64,000 nucleotides of DNA from an uncultured virus (IMG/VR IMGVR_UViG_3300025678_000930) (taxonomy: Duplodnaviria > Heunggongvirae > Uroviricota > Caudoviricetes), in the IMG/VR virus record IMGVR_UViG_3300025678_000930. One strand, 5' to 3'. Below are positions 38,681 through 48,769 of the stretch, piece by piece. A program made the translations under genes and the position numbers. The notes under the pieces were generated by a model. The model saw only the letters and a list, made by a program, of their open reading frames with translations, was not told where the DNA came from and searched no databases. Within the stretch, counting starts at the first letter, position 1; every line of letters begins with the position of its first letter.

Positions 38681-38714
38681 TCAGATTTCACCTCCCGCCG
38701 TGGCTACCAGGTAG
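38681..38714 (+). promoter_or_regulatory. Bipartite motif TCAGATTT-N11-GTGGCTACCAGGTAG, copy 2, overlapping a terminator-like hairpin
   Basis: CACCTCC/GGAGGTG stem plus T7; the right arm is also the SD of the next gene. Confidence 0.75.
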
Positions 38715-38727
38715 GAGGTGTTTTTTT

Positions 38728-38943
38728 ATGAACGTTTTTGAAGTGAAAGATGGCTGTCCTATCAAGGGTGAGATTGAACAGATAACAGATGAGCAATTAC
38801 AAAATGAATATGACTTTTATATAGCTGAGATGATTGTCGGAATGCTACATAAAGATGGAAAGATTACAGATGATGAATTACACAAAATATCAGCATTAAA
38901 CCGTCAGAAATTCTCTCCAAAGTTAGCTGAGATTATGTCATAA
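38728..38943 (+). CDS. SHOCT-like small protein
   Basis: ML..DGKITDDEL.KI..LNRQKFSP; precedes recombinases. Confidence 0.65.
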   Translation: MNVFEVKDGCPIKGEIEQITDEQLQNEYDFYIAEMIVGMLHKDGKITDDELHKISALNRQKFSPKLAEIMS

Positions 38944-38947
38944 AACC

Positions 38948-38981
38948 CTTGCTATTAGTGACCTTTTGAGTGATATATGTA
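38948..38981 (+). promoter_or_regulatory. Bipartite motif CTTGMTAT-N12-GAGTGATATATGTA, copy 3
   Basis: Directly upstream of the recombinase operon. Confidence 0.7.
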
Positions 38982-39001
38982 ATGACAGAAAGTGAGGTGA
39001 G

Positions 39002-40570
39002 ATGATGAAAAAGATAACAAAAATAAATGAATTGGAGAGACCGCTATTATCTAAAACGAAGCTTCGAGTTGCAGCCTATGCTAGAGTTTCAACAGATAGT
39101 GATGAACAGCTTGTAAGCCTTAAAGCACAGCGAGAGCACTATGAAACTTATATTAAATCCAACTCAGAATGGGAGTTTGCAGGTCTCTATTATGACGAAG
39201 GTATATCAGGAACCAAAAAGGAAAAACGACCAGAACTTCTTCGCATGATACGTGATTGTGAGAATGGGAAGATAGATTTTATTGTTACTAAATCAATTAG
39301 TCGGTTTGCCCGTAACACAATGGACTGTCTAGAATTGGTAAGAAGTTTGATGGATATCGGTGTCTATATTTATTTTGAGAAAGAAAATTTAAATACAGGT
39401 GACATGGAGAGCGAACTTATGCTTTCTATCCTCTCGGGTTTTGCAGAAGAAGAGTCTGCGTCAATATCACAAAATACCTCATGGTCAATCAATAAGAAAT
39501 TTAAAAATGGTAGTTACATTATTGGCAGCCCTCCTTATGGTTATGCCAATGTAAATGGTGAGATGGTTATTGTTCCAGAGGAAGCTGAAATAATAAAACG
39601 CATTTTTGCAGAATGCCTTTCAGGTAAAGGTGGAAGTATCATAGCAAAAGGCCTGAACAGGGATAAGATTCCTGCAAGAAGAGGCAACCATTGGAGTTCA
39701 GGTACGATAATTGAAATGCTCCGGAACGAAAAATACAAAGGTGATGTCCTTTTCCAGAAGACATATACGGACAGCAACTTCAACCGTCATATTAACAATG
39801 GCGAGAAGGATCAGTTTTACTGTAAGAATCACCACGAACCTATTATCAGCAGAGAAGTATTCTCTAAGGCTCAAAAGCTGATAGCAGAAAGAGCAAAGAA
39901 TCGTAATAAATCCATTGCTAAGAATACTTATCAAAACAGATATGTATTGAGTGGAAGAATAATCTGTGGAGAGTGTGGTTCCAAGTTTAGAAGAAAAACA
40001 AACTATTCTGTTGGCAGAAGTTATATAGCCTGGAGTTGCATAGGTCACATTGAAGACAAGAACAGTTGCTCCATGTTATTTTTGCGTGATGGAGAGATAA
40101 AAGCAACATTCGCAACGATGATGAATAAGCTAGCATTCAGCAGAAAGATAATACTGGAGCCACTTTACGATTCAATAAACAAAATTGACGAAGAATGCGA
40201 CCTTGAAAGAATTGATGCCATAGATAAGCGCATGGAACAATTAACCGAAGAACGCAATACTCTTATTGGTCTTATGACAAAAGGGTTTCTCGAACCAGCA
40301 CTTTTTAACAAGGAACGAAATGTCCTAGATATAGAGATAAAAAATCTTACTGCTGAGAAGACAAACTTAGTAATGTCATTTACCAATGGCACTTCACAGG
40401 CGGACGAGGTAAAGGCACTTCTTGATTATGTGTCGAAAGAAAAGTTTGATGGTAATTATACAGATGAGGCATTTGAAAAGTTTGTTGAAAACATAACTGT
40501 AGATTCAAGGGATGAACTAATATTTAAAATGAAGTGTGGTCTTTCCCTTAAAGAAAAGGTGGTGAGATAA
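39002..40570 (+). CDS. Large serine recombinase 1
   Basis: AYARVST catalytic Ser, KSISRFARN, Zn-ribbon CGECG. Confidence 0.92.
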   Translation: MMKKITKINELERPLLSKTKLRVAAYARVSTDSDEQLVSLKAQREHYETYIKSNSEWEFAGLYYDEGISGTKKEKRPELLRMIRDCENGKIDFIVTKSISRFARNTMDCLELVRSLMDIGVYIYFEKENLNTGDMESELMLSILSGFAEEESASISQNTSWSINKKFKNGSYIIGSPPYGYANVNGEMVIVPEEAEIIKRIFAECLSGKGGSIIAKGLNRDKIPARRGNHWSSGTIIEMLRNEKYKGDVLFQKTYTDSNFNRHINNGEKDQFYCKNHHEPIISREVFSKAQKLIAERAKNRNKSIAKNTYQNRYVLSGRIICGECGSKFRRKTNYSVGRSYIAWSCIGHIEDKNSCSMLFLRDGEIKATFATMMNKLAFSRKIILEPLYDSINKIDEECDLERIDAIDKRMEQLTEERNTLIGLMTKGFLEPALFNKERNVLDIEIKNLTAEKTNLVMSFTNGTSQADEVKALLDYVSKEKFDGNYTDEAFEKFVENITVDSRDELIFKMKCGLSLKEKVVR

Positions 40571-40987
40571 ATGGCCTATGTACCATACGGATATACAATT
40601 ACGGATGGGGTTGTTACTGTCGATGAAAAGTCAGCAGGTCAAGTAAAGGAGTTCTTTGAAAAATACATATCAGGACTTTCCCTTACAGTGGCTGGCGAAC
40701 AGGCAGGTATTGAAAAGACTCATTCAGTGATGGGACGTATTTTGAAAAATGTCCTTTATCTCGGAAATGATATATATCCAGCAATCATAGATAAGGGAAC
40801 ATTTGATAAGGCGGAGGAAGTTAGAAATAAACGTGCGAAAGACTTAGGGAGAATTGTGGAACTTGCAGTTTTTACCTCTCCTCCTCCTATGGAAAGATTC
40901 AAGATGGGAAAAGTAGAAGGTAAACTTCCAGTGGAGCCTATTGCACGAGCAGAGTGCTTATATAATCTGATAGAAAGCGAGGGATAA
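40571..40987 (+). CDS. Small recombinase-domain protein (no catalytic domain)
   Basis: PYGY...IL.N..YLG...YPAII; between two large serine recombinases. Confidence 0.75.
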   Translation: MAYVPYGYTITDGVVTVDEKSAGQVKEFFEKYISGLSLTVAGEQAGIEKTHSVMGRILKNVLYLGNDIYPAIIDKGTFDKAEEVRNKRAKDLGRIVELAVFTSPPPMERFKMGKVEGKLPVEPIARAECLYNLIESEG

Positions 40988-40988
40988 A

Positions 40989-42551
40989 GTGACTGAAAAA
41001 AGTATAACTGTAATTCCAGCACGAAAAAGATTTGGAAACACAGTTGCAAAAGAAAAAATAAAGAAACTGCGTGTCGCTGCCTATTGCCGTGTTTCTACAG
41101 AAACAGAAGAGCAGAATTCAAGCTATGAAGTGCAAGTAGATCATTACACGGAGTTTATAAAGAAAAATACTGAATGGGAGTTTGCAGGCATATTTGCAGA
41201 TGACGGCATATCTGGCACTAATACCAAAAAACGTGAAGAGTTCAACCGTATGATAGACGAGTGCATGGAGGGTAAAATAGATTTAGTTATTACCAAGTCC
41301 ATTAGTCGATTTGCCCGTAATACTCTGGATTGCCTAAAGTACATTAGACAACTTAAGGAGAAGAACATATCGGTATTTTTCGAGAAGGAAAACATCAATA
41401 CAATGGATGCCAAGGGTGAAGTACTGCTCACTATTATGGCATCTCTAGCACAGCAAGAAAGTCAGAGCCTTTCGCAGAACGTTAAACTGGGACTTCAATA
41501 CCGATATCAACAAGGAAAGGTACAGGTCAACCACAAGCGTTTCATGGGGTACACAAAAGACGAAGACGGCAACTTAATAATAGTTCCTGGAGAGGCAAAA
41601 ATCATTAAACGAATTTATAGAGAATACCTTGAGGGCAAAAGCCTGGCGGGTATTGGTAGGGATCTTGAAAAGGATGGTATTTTAACAGCCGCCGGAAAAC
41701 CAAAGTGGAGACCAGAAACCTTAAAGAAAATTCTTTCGAATGAGAAATACATCGGTGATGCACTTTTGCAAAAGACCACTACAGTTGATTTTCTTACAAA
41801 GAAGAGAGTCAAGAATGAAGGTCATCTCCCACAGTATTATGTTGAAAATAGCCATGAGGCTATCATTCCGAAAGAACTCTTTTTACAAGCACAGGAAGAA
41901 CTTCATCGCCGGAATAACATTTACACAGGCACAGACAAGAATAAAAGAATTTACAGCAGTAAATACGCTCTGAGTACCATAACCTTCTGTGGTGATTGCG
42001 GTGATATTTATAGACGAACATATTGGAATGTTCACGGTAGAAAAGAAATTGTTTGGCGATGTGTAACAAGAATCGAGCAAGGCCCCGAAATATGCAAGAG
42101 CCGAACAGTAAAGGAAGGCGATTTATATGATGCTGTTATGACTGCCATTAATAGATTACTTGCTGGCGGTGATAACATGATAAAAACACTGGAAGAAAAC
42201 ATCCATGCGGTAATTGGTGACACCACAGAGTATCAAATTTCAGAGATTAACACCTTGCTTGAAGAAAAGCAGAAGGAACTAATCAGCCTTGCTAATAAAG
42301 GAAAAGACTATGAACACTTGGCAGATGAGATTGATAACCTGCGTGAAAAACGTCAGACCCTTCTTGTGGAAGATGCATCATTAAGTGGTGAGAATGAGAG
42401 GATTAACGAGCTGATTGAATTTATCCGCAACAATAAATACCGAACCCAAAGATATGATGATGTACTTGTAAGAAAGTTAATACAGAATGTTACTGTTTAC
42501 GATGACCATTTTGTAGTATGCTTTAAATCTGGCATTGAAGTTGAAGTATGA
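40989..42551 (+). CDS. Large serine recombinase 2
   Basis: [21 protein letters not shown]. Confidence 0.92.
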   Translation: MTEKSITVIPARKRFGNTVAKEKIKKLRVAAYCRVSTETEEQNSSYEVQVDHYTEFIKKNTEWEFAGIFADDGISGTNTKKREEFNRMIDECMEGKIDLVITKSISRFARNTLDCLKYIRQLKEKNISVFFEKENINTMDAKGEVLLTIMASLAQQESQSLSQNVKLGLQYRYQQGKVQVNHKRFMGYTKDEDGNLIIVPGEAKIIKRIYREYLEGKSLAGIGRDLEKDGILTAAGKPKWRPETLKKILSNEKYIGDALLQKTTTVDFLTKKRVKNEGHLPQYYVENSHEAIIPKELFLQAQEELHRRNNIYTGTDKNKRIYSSKYALSTITFCGDCGDIYRRTYWNVHGRKEIVWRCVTRIEQGPEICKSRTVKEGDLYDAVMTAINRLLAGGDNMIKTLEENIHAVIGDTTEYQISEINTLLEEKQKELISLANKGKDYEHLADEIDNLREKRQTLLVEDASLSGENERINELIEFIRNNKYRTQRYDDVLVRKLIQNVTVYDDHFVVCFKSGIEVEV

Positions 42552-42695
42552 AAAAAGGAACTTAGATGGCCCATGACTCAGGAGTAGAGTTGTGGGCTTT
42601 TCTTTTGGTATATAATTTATGCAATATTAAAAAAACTATTGTTATTATCAACCAAATGGTTTATAATGTAATTTAGTGTAAATTGGAGGTGCTGT

Positions 42696-42920
42696 ATGAC
42701 TACGGCAGATATGATTAAGCAACTATGTGAACAAATGAATATTAGCGTTGCGGAACTTGCTAGACGTATTGGTCAGACTCCACAGAATTTCAATAAGAAA
42801 TTAAAACGTGAAACTGTAACCTTGGATGAGTTGAAGGCTATAGCCGATGTATTGGATATTAAGTTTGAGCAGGCATTTATTTTGCCTGATGGCAATGAAA
42901 TAAAGACAGGCAATGAGTAA
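42696..42920 (+). CDS. XRE-family HTH regulator
   Basis: ISVAELARRIGQTPQNFNKKL. Confidence 0.8.
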   Translation: MTTADMIKQLCEQMNISVAELARRIGQTPQNFNKKLKRETVTLDELKAIADVLDIKFEQAFILPDGNEIKTGNE

Positions 42921-42935
42921 AGGAGGCGGTCTAAT

Positions 42936-43622
42936 ATGATGATTAGTCCAGAAAGTTATTACGAAGAGTGTCTTAAAGGAAAAACTAAAGAACAGATAAT
43001 GACCGCTATACGGGGACATAAGCAGGAAATAGGACGTCTAAAAAATTCAATGGAAAACCCGCATGTTGGCATTAAAACTGTTATGCATCCAAGTGAAGAT
43101 ACCCGCCTACACTGGAATCGTGAATATTTAGAGAGAGCCAAGGAAGCCTATGCTGAAGCTGGTGGAACGTATACCTTATCAAAGTCAGAAGAAAAGGCCG
43201 CTGACTTTGTTGCAAATATAGATGCCATCAGCAAGATAACCTTTAGCATTGGAGGTTACTTTGGTGGCCACCAAAATTATATTGTAGAACTAACTGGTGA
43301 ATTGAAAGCCTATACAAAATTATGGGAAGATGAAGAACCTCTCTCGTTATGGGATGATGATAACCAGGAGCCTTGTATAAAGGATACTTTTATAGCTGCA
43401 CTTAAAGATCTTCATATCGGTGAATGGCGAAGACGATATTCAACTAAACGTTTTGGATATACGGTGTGTGATGGTACGCAGTGGGAGTTGGAATTTAAAT
43501 ATAGCAATGGCCATAAACCTGTAAGATTTGATGGAGATAACTCGTACCCCTATAACTTCGATAAGTTTCAGATGTTATTTGGTATCGATGTTACTGAGGA
43601 GGACGAGGATGAGGATGAGTAG
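42936..43622 (+). CDS. Hypothetical protein
   Basis: SD aaggagg; DGTQWELE motif. Confidence 0.6.
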   Translation: MMISPESYYEECLKGKTKEQIMTAIRGHKQEIGRLKNSMENPHVGIKTVMHPSEDTRLHWNREYLERAKEAYAEAGGTYTLSKSEEKAADFVANIDAISKITFSIGGYFGGHQNYIVELTGELKAYTKLWEDEEPLSLWDDDNQEPCIKDTFIAALKDLHIGEWRRRYSTKRFGYTVCDGTQWELEFKYSNGHKPVRFDGDNSYPYNFDKFQMLFGIDVTEEDEDEDE

Positions 43623-43649
43623 ATTTGATTGGGTAAAGGAGGGACAACT

Positions 43650-45251
43650 TTGGAGATAAACAACATGAAAGCTTTATCTTATGAAGAGTTACGATCATTA
43701 TATAAAAAATTCTTACATAGCCAGAACCTTTCCAAAGCAACAATCAATACTGCTTATGGTGACACCTTTTACCTCTGGAGGAAAGGGAGCAAAGACCTGT
43801 TCTGGAATGCGGTGACTGCTACTGATTTTGAGAATGAGGCAAGGGATGAATTAATAACAGCTCTTTCTGAGAACTCGACAGGCAATGTTAAATCACTTGT
43901 TAGTGGTTACATGTCTCATCTTAGAAGATTTCGATTGTTTTTGTCATTGGATGAGACTGTGTCCCCAGTTGAATATAAACAACAGACCACAGTAAAGCCA
44001 AAACGTGCGAGCCGTGAAATAATAATCAACAAAATGTATGTCGGAACCTATTTGTCAGAGGGAGATAATATAGGGCATGAAATCATAAACCTATACAAAG
44101 CAGATGATGGGAAAAATTATATTTATCTAAATTCTCAAGGCACAATAGAATCATCTCATGGAGAAAGTTGTATAACCGTTTTGTTGGTACGGAAATTTGC
44201 CTCAAAAACATATAAAATACTGGCGAAGGCAGAGGGTATTACAATTCTTGATTTCGCCGATAGCAAACTTCCGCGAATAGAAAGATATAAAGGACAAGTT
44301 GCATTGGGACTAACCTACGGTGGAGTAAGTCTTGTTGATTTATTTAATGAAAATTCCTATCGTGGTAGTCTTGAAGAAGAAAAAAATGCTTATACCACAT
44401 TTGTCGCTGATAGGGTTATTAAGCCAAAAAATCATATTTATATTACAGACGATGAATTTGTTAGTGGAGATAACACTTTTTTCATTCGTACAAATAAAGG
44501 ATTTGGCAAACAAACATTAAGAGAGTTCTACAACGAAAATGAAAAGCCGGATTCCTTTGCTGATTTGAATCAGATAATTGAGGCCAAAGAGCTATGGGAA
44601 GATACTAATACGAACCAAGCAATTTCTGAATTGCCAAAGCTTCAAAAAGATCCATATTTCAATTTCCTTAAAATAATTAAGCAGGAAGACAATGAACTCG
44701 CTTTTTCCAATATGCTTGCTTACTTTTTCAATATAAATAGAGAAGCTTTTTCTAAGTTTGCGCATGAAGTTTTATCTATCAAGATACAAACAGATTTCAC
44801 CATAGAGAGAGAAAAGAGAAATATTGACCTGCTAATCTCTGACAAAAACAATGCCATTGTAATAGAAAATAAAATCAAATCAAGCATCAATGGTATTGAT
44901 GACCGACACGATATTTACAGTGATAAGGTACAATCACAGCTTAAAAAATACTATCAATATGTCACAACTGATGATGAGTATCGCAAGAAATCTGTGAGTT
45001 GCTTTATTTTTTCACCTAATTACAATCACATTGAACTAAGCAAGTTTTCGTGCGGTGAAAAGTATACTGTCATTTATTACAGAGAAATTTATAATTTCTT
45101 TATTGAAAACAGGAGCCTGTTTGATGATGTGACTTATTTTGAAGATTTCATTAATGCAATGCATAAGCACACAAAGGACTACGATAATGATTTAGAAGAA
45201 GAAATGCAAAGAAGATTTCTAAATACTATTTACAAAGCAAAAAAGGAGTAA
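43650..45251 (+). CDS. PD-(D/E)XK nuclease domain protein (possible defence)
   Basis: C-terminal RE..NIDLLI...IVIENKI...QL.KY. Confidence 0.7.
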   Translation: MEINNMKALSYEELRSLYKKFLHSQNLSKATINTAYGDTFYLWRKGSKDLFWNAVTATDFENEARDELITALSENSTGNVKSLVSGYMSHLRRFRLFLSLDETVSPVEYKQQTTVKPKRASREIIINKMYVGTYLSEGDNIGHEIINLYKADDGKNYIYLNSQGTIESSHGESCITVLLVRKFASKTYKILAKAEGITILDFADSKLPRIERYKGQVALGLTYGGVSLVDLFNENSYRGSLEEEKNAYTTFVADRVIKPKNHIYITDDEFVSGDNTFFIRTNKGFGKQTLREFYNENEKPDSFADLNQIIEAKELWEDTNTNQAISELPKLQKDPYFNFLKIIKQEDNELAFSNMLAYFFNINREAFSKFAHEVLSIKIQTDFTIEREKRNIDLLISDKNNAIVIENKIKSSINGIDDRHDIYSDKVQSQLKKYYQYVTTDDEYRKKSVSCFIFSPNYNHIELSKFSCGEKYTVIYYREIYNFFIENRSLFDDVTYFEDFINAMHKHTKDYDNDLEEEMQRRFLNTIYKAKKE

Positions 45252-45534
45252 AGAGACCGTCGTCTGTGGAGATATATTATTTTCAAAGATGTCATCAGAT
45301 GGAAAATGATATTACAGCAAATAAAATATTGGTATTGCCTTGGATTTGTTCATACTCATCGGATAAGTTCCTTTGCTTTATTAAGTCCGAGAGCTTTTCG
45401 GATGCTTTTAAATCAGAGATTTTTTCATCTGTATGGCTAATATCGAACAGGAAAGCTTTAAAAGAGTTGTTGAGACAAAATGCAGATTAGTAAAAAGTTT
45501 CTCGAATAATATTGAATTATAGAAAGGGATCGTT

Positions 45535-46347
45535 ATGGAGTATATAATAAAAGAATTTTTGCTTTTTTTAACATACAGCTTTATTGGCTGGGTATGTGAG
45601 GTAATATATTGTTCGTTTCCGGATAAAAAGTTTGTGAACAGAGGGTTTTTAATAGGCCCATATTGTCCTATTTATGGCTTTGGAGCACTTGCAGTCATAA
45701 ATATTTTGACACCTTTTTCAGATAATCCTATAATAGTTTATTTTCTTGCAGTGATTATAACTAGTCTTTTGGAATATGTTACGGGATACTTATTAGAACG
45801 AATATACCATTTAAAATGGTGGGATTATTCAAATTATAAGTTGAATATTCATGGAAGAGTCGTATTACATAATTCGTTGATTTTTGGAGGATTATCATTA
45901 ATCGCAATATATTTTCTAAATCCTATTTTACTTAATATGATTAACAAGTTGCCATTAAGCATGCGTTACACATCAAGTTTAATATTACTATCCATATTCT
46001 TGACTGATAATATAATATCTACTCTAAATGCTTTAAAATTGAATACCAACCTATCGAAGCTTCATATGATTGCGGATGAAATCAAAGAGACGATGTCAGA
46101 GAAACTTTTTATAAAATTAAAATCAATACAATCTGACGAAGAACTGTCTCAGATTAGGGTATTAACAAATAAAATCGATGAGCTTAACCAAAAATTTAAT
46201 GATATATCAAAACAAAATAAAGAGTTTGTGAAAAGAGTATTTGCTGCTTTCCCCAATATAACGTCAAAATTACATAAAGAAACACTAATTAATTTAAAAG
46301 CAGTAAATAAAATGAACACAAACAAGAAAAATAAAAAAAGCAATTGA
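45535..46347 (+). CDS. Multi-TM membrane protein (putative ABC permease, CmpB/DUF1113-like)
   Basis: YSFIGW.CE, NRGFL.GP.CPIYG.G, WWDYS. Confidence 0.75.
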   Translation: MEYIIKEFLLFLTYSFIGWVCEVIYCSFPDKKFVNRGFLIGPYCPIYGFGALAVINILTPFSDNPIIVYFLAVIITSLLEYVTGYLLERIYHLKWWDYSNYKLNIHGRVVLHNSLIFGGLSLIAIYFLNPILLNMINKLPLSMRYTSSLILLSIFLTDNIISTLNALKLNTNLSKLHMIADEIKETMSEKLFIKLKSIQSDEELSQIRVLTNKIDELNQKFNDISKQNKEFVKRVFAAFPNITSKLHKETLINLKAVNKMNTNKKNKKSN

Positions 46348-46357
46348 TAGTATAAAA

Positions 46358-46396
46358 AATAAAGCACATGGGTGAATAACCCGATGTGCTTTATTT
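46358..46396. terminator. Bidirectional terminator between convergent genes
   Basis: aataaagcacat...atgtgctttatt inverted repeat. Confidence 0.7.
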
Positions 46397-46400
46397 TGCC

Positions 46401-46850
46401 TTATTCAACATCAATTGTAATGCTGTTGTTTGGCTTTTCTTCTTTAGGAACTACAACTTTAAGTAAACCATTTTCCAGTTTTGCTTTAATACCATCTGGC
46501 TTGGCATCTTCCAAATAAATTGAACGACTCATAGAACTATAACGTCTCTCTCTGTGGATGAAATTCTTTTTCTTTGATTCACTGTTTTCATCCCTAGTAA
46601 TAGAAATCATAAGTTTTCCATCGTTAAGTTCAACATTGATGCCTTTTTTATCTATACCTGGCACTTCAGCCTCAATTAGGTATTCATTGCCATTATCTTC
46701 GACATCAACTTTGAAAGTGTCATGTGTGAGGGTTCTTCTAAAAGGCCAGTCATTGGAAAAAAAGTCATCAAGTACGTTGTAGAAGTCCTCAAAGCCAGTG
46801 TTTGTAGAGATTTCTTTGTTCTTTTTGTTAAAAGGTACTAATCCAGCCAT
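46401..46850 (-). CDS. Hsp20/alpha-crystallin small heat-shock protein
   Basis: FKVDV, AEVPG, RER.Y..MSRS, A.LENGLL.V.VPK. Confidence 0.92.
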   Translation of the reverse strand: MAGLVPFNKKNKEISTNTGFEDFYNVLDDFFSNDWPFRRTLTHDTFKVDVEDNGNEYLIEAEVPGIDKKGINVELNDGKLMISITRDENSESKKKNFIHRERRYSSMSRSIYLEDAKPDGIKAKLENGLLKVVVPKEEKPNNSITIDVE

Positions 46851-46882
46851 AAATAACAACTCCTTTTCAATTTATTTTTTTG

Positions 46883-46909
46883 TTAGCACTCTCGTTTATT
46901 GAGTGCTAA
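46883..46909 (-). promoter_or_regulatory. CIRCE element (HrcA operator)
   Basis: Perfect TTAGCACTC-N9-GAGTGCTAA between the minus-strand sigmaA promoter (TTGACA 46942-46937) and the Hsp20 start. Confidence 0.95.
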
Positions 46910-47007
46910 TTATTATATAACACAGAATGTTCCGCTTGTCAATATATTTTTGAGAATTTTTTTATTTAAATTTGACTTTGATATTTTTCCATAAACGAGA
47001 GTCAATC

Positions 47008-47152
47008 TTGGATATGTTTCCATTTACGAGCGTGGATATGTTCCTAAGTTCGAGAGTAGGTAAAAATATAACTAAAACACCGTTTTGACAGCTATCAACA
47101 CCTCTCGAGCCACGTTGAGACGGTCGTATTGATGTCAAGGGTTGAGAAATAA
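47008..47152 (+). pseudogene. rlmD: rlmD/rumA 3'-end fragments; probable att junction between the tandem elements
   Basis: LDMFP (47008), VDMF (47032) and HVETVVLMSRVEK* (47111-47152) match the C-terminal motif of RlmD. Confidence 0.7.
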
Positions 47153-47597
47153 AAGTGTAAAAGTGCTTGATATAAAGGGATTTCCGTGATTTTGAACTCA
47201 TATTCAAGTTGGGTTCTAGGTCACGGATTCTTTTATTGTAAGAACTTATCCAAAACCGAAAAACTGTAGGGTTGTGTGGATAGAATTACTTTTTGCTTTG
47301 TGAGTTGACGAAATTACTGTCAAAAAGTTGGCGAGTTGATAATATTACTGTAAGATAAGAGTTGAGTAGCAATAAGATTGCGGCATAACAAAGTCAGAAC
47401 TACTTTAATGTGTAGAATAAAAATCCTCTGCGATATTTTGTATCGATACGCAGGGGATTTTTGCTTTTTAAAAGAGTTTAGAATGATTGGTGAAAATAAA
47501 ATTCACAATAACAGAAAATTACTTCTGGTAAAACCGCGTATATTTTGATAGAATATAATGTGTAATTCTTAATATTAGTATATAATTCGTTGGAGGT

Positions 47598-47822
47598 GTG
47601 AAGGTGCAAATAACATATAAGAAACTATGGAAATTGTTGATTGATCGTGACATGAGCAAGCAGCAACTTAAAGAGGTAGCTGGCATAAGCTCTGCATCAA
47701 TTGCTAAACTTGGCAAAGGAGAAAACATTACAACGGATGTATTACTTAAAATATGTGAAGCATTAGATTGCCAAATTGAAGATATTTTAGAAACTGTCCA
47801 AAATCACGATGATAAAAAATAA
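47598..47822 (+). CDS. Cro/C1-type HTH regulator (HTH_26)
   Basis: YKKLWKLLIDR.M...L...AGIS...IAKL.K.E. Confidence 0.85.
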   Translation: MKVQITYKKLWKLLIDRDMSKQQLKEVAGISSASIAKLGKGENITTDVLLKICEALDCQIEDILETVQNHDDKK

Positions 47823-47842
47823 GATACTTGGAGGATTGAGTT

Positions 47843-48769
47843 ATGGCACTGAACAAAAATATTACCTTATTTAAAGGAAGAACAGTAAATACCAAAGCAT
47901 CAGAACAATATGTTCATGTGAAGTTTATCTATCCAGATGTTAATAAGGAATGGGATGGTTGGGTTCCTGTTGAATATCGTAGGACTGGAGTAGCAATTGC
48001 TTCAGATGATACCGAAGCCTTGGAACAACACTTAAACAGTATATATGAACAAATGCACCCGTCTAATTATTCTTCTTGGAAAGAAACACAAGATAAATTA
48101 TGGGAGGCTACTCGTTCTGTAGAAACCAAAGATATTTTTTATATTTTAAGCGATGGAAAATGGCATTGCCGTAATTGCGATATTTCAAACCCCAATTTTG
48201 CTCGAAGAATTCAGGACCTAAAGGAAATGGGATATACATTAGCAACTCATGTAAATTATCGCTGCCCAGTTTGTGGAAACAATAGGAGTACTCGCCTTAT
48301 TTTATTACCTATTAACAGGGTTGAACTCGCAGGAAATGGATATGAAACATGGTCTCCGGCATTAAGAGCAAGAATAATAAGAGTTCTTGGAGGAGTGGAG
48401 GTTTATGAAAACACCCCAAACCAACATTGCTTACCAGACCATAAATTTTCGGAAATTAGATGGGATGCTGATACCAAGTCTGAAAATCCTGACACAATGA
48501 CAGATCAGGAGATTAGAAGTAAATTCCAGTTGTTAAATAATCAAAGAAACCAACAAAAGAGAGAAGTCTGTAGAAATTGTTTTCAAACTGGAGAAAGAGG
48601 AATCATTTTTGGAATACCATATTTTTATGAAGGTGATTCGAAGTGGGACCCGTCAATTCCACAAAAAGGAAAAGAAGCGGAGAAGGGTTGTATAGGATGT
48701 CCTTGGTATGATATTGAAACCTGGAGGAAAAAAGTTATTAAGAGACTTATGGAAGAAGGAAATAAATAA
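47843..48769 (+). CDS. Cys-rich HNH-type putative restriction endonuclease, subunit 1
   Basis: CRNC, CPVC, PDHKF...FQLL...N..K..VC.NC, GCIGCPWYD. Confidence 0.6.
   Translation: MALNKNITLFKGRTVNTKASEQYVHVKFIYPDVNKEWDGWVPVEYRRTGVAIASDDTEALEQHLNSIYEQMHPSNYSSWKETQDKLWEATRSVETKDIFYILSDGKWHCRNCDISNPNFARRIQDLKEMGYTLATHVNYRCPVCGNNRSTRLILLPINRVELAGNGYETWSPALRARIIRVLGGVEVYENTPNQHCLPDHKFSEIRWDADTKSENPDTMTDQEIRSKFQLLNNQRNQQKREVCRNCFQTGERGIIFGIPYFYEGDSKWDPSIPQKGKEAEKGCIGCPWYDIETWRKKVIKRLMEEGNK

Larger units (their letters stand above)
1..47110 (+). mobile_element. Prophage A (siphovirus-like, triple serine recombinase type); left end outside window
   Basis: Co-oriented replication, packaging, head, tail, lysis and recombinase modules; right boundary inferred from the rlmD-like att remnant. 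Confidence 0.85.

Noticed and set aside
45252..45490. 74-aa ORF, and an ETVV-like second rlmD scar at about 45254
   Set aside because: ORF lacks an SD or motifs; the match to rlmD is too short to support.
46962..47207. 81-aa minus-strand ORF
   Set aside because: Overlaps the plus-strand rlmD/att remnant and has no recognisable features.
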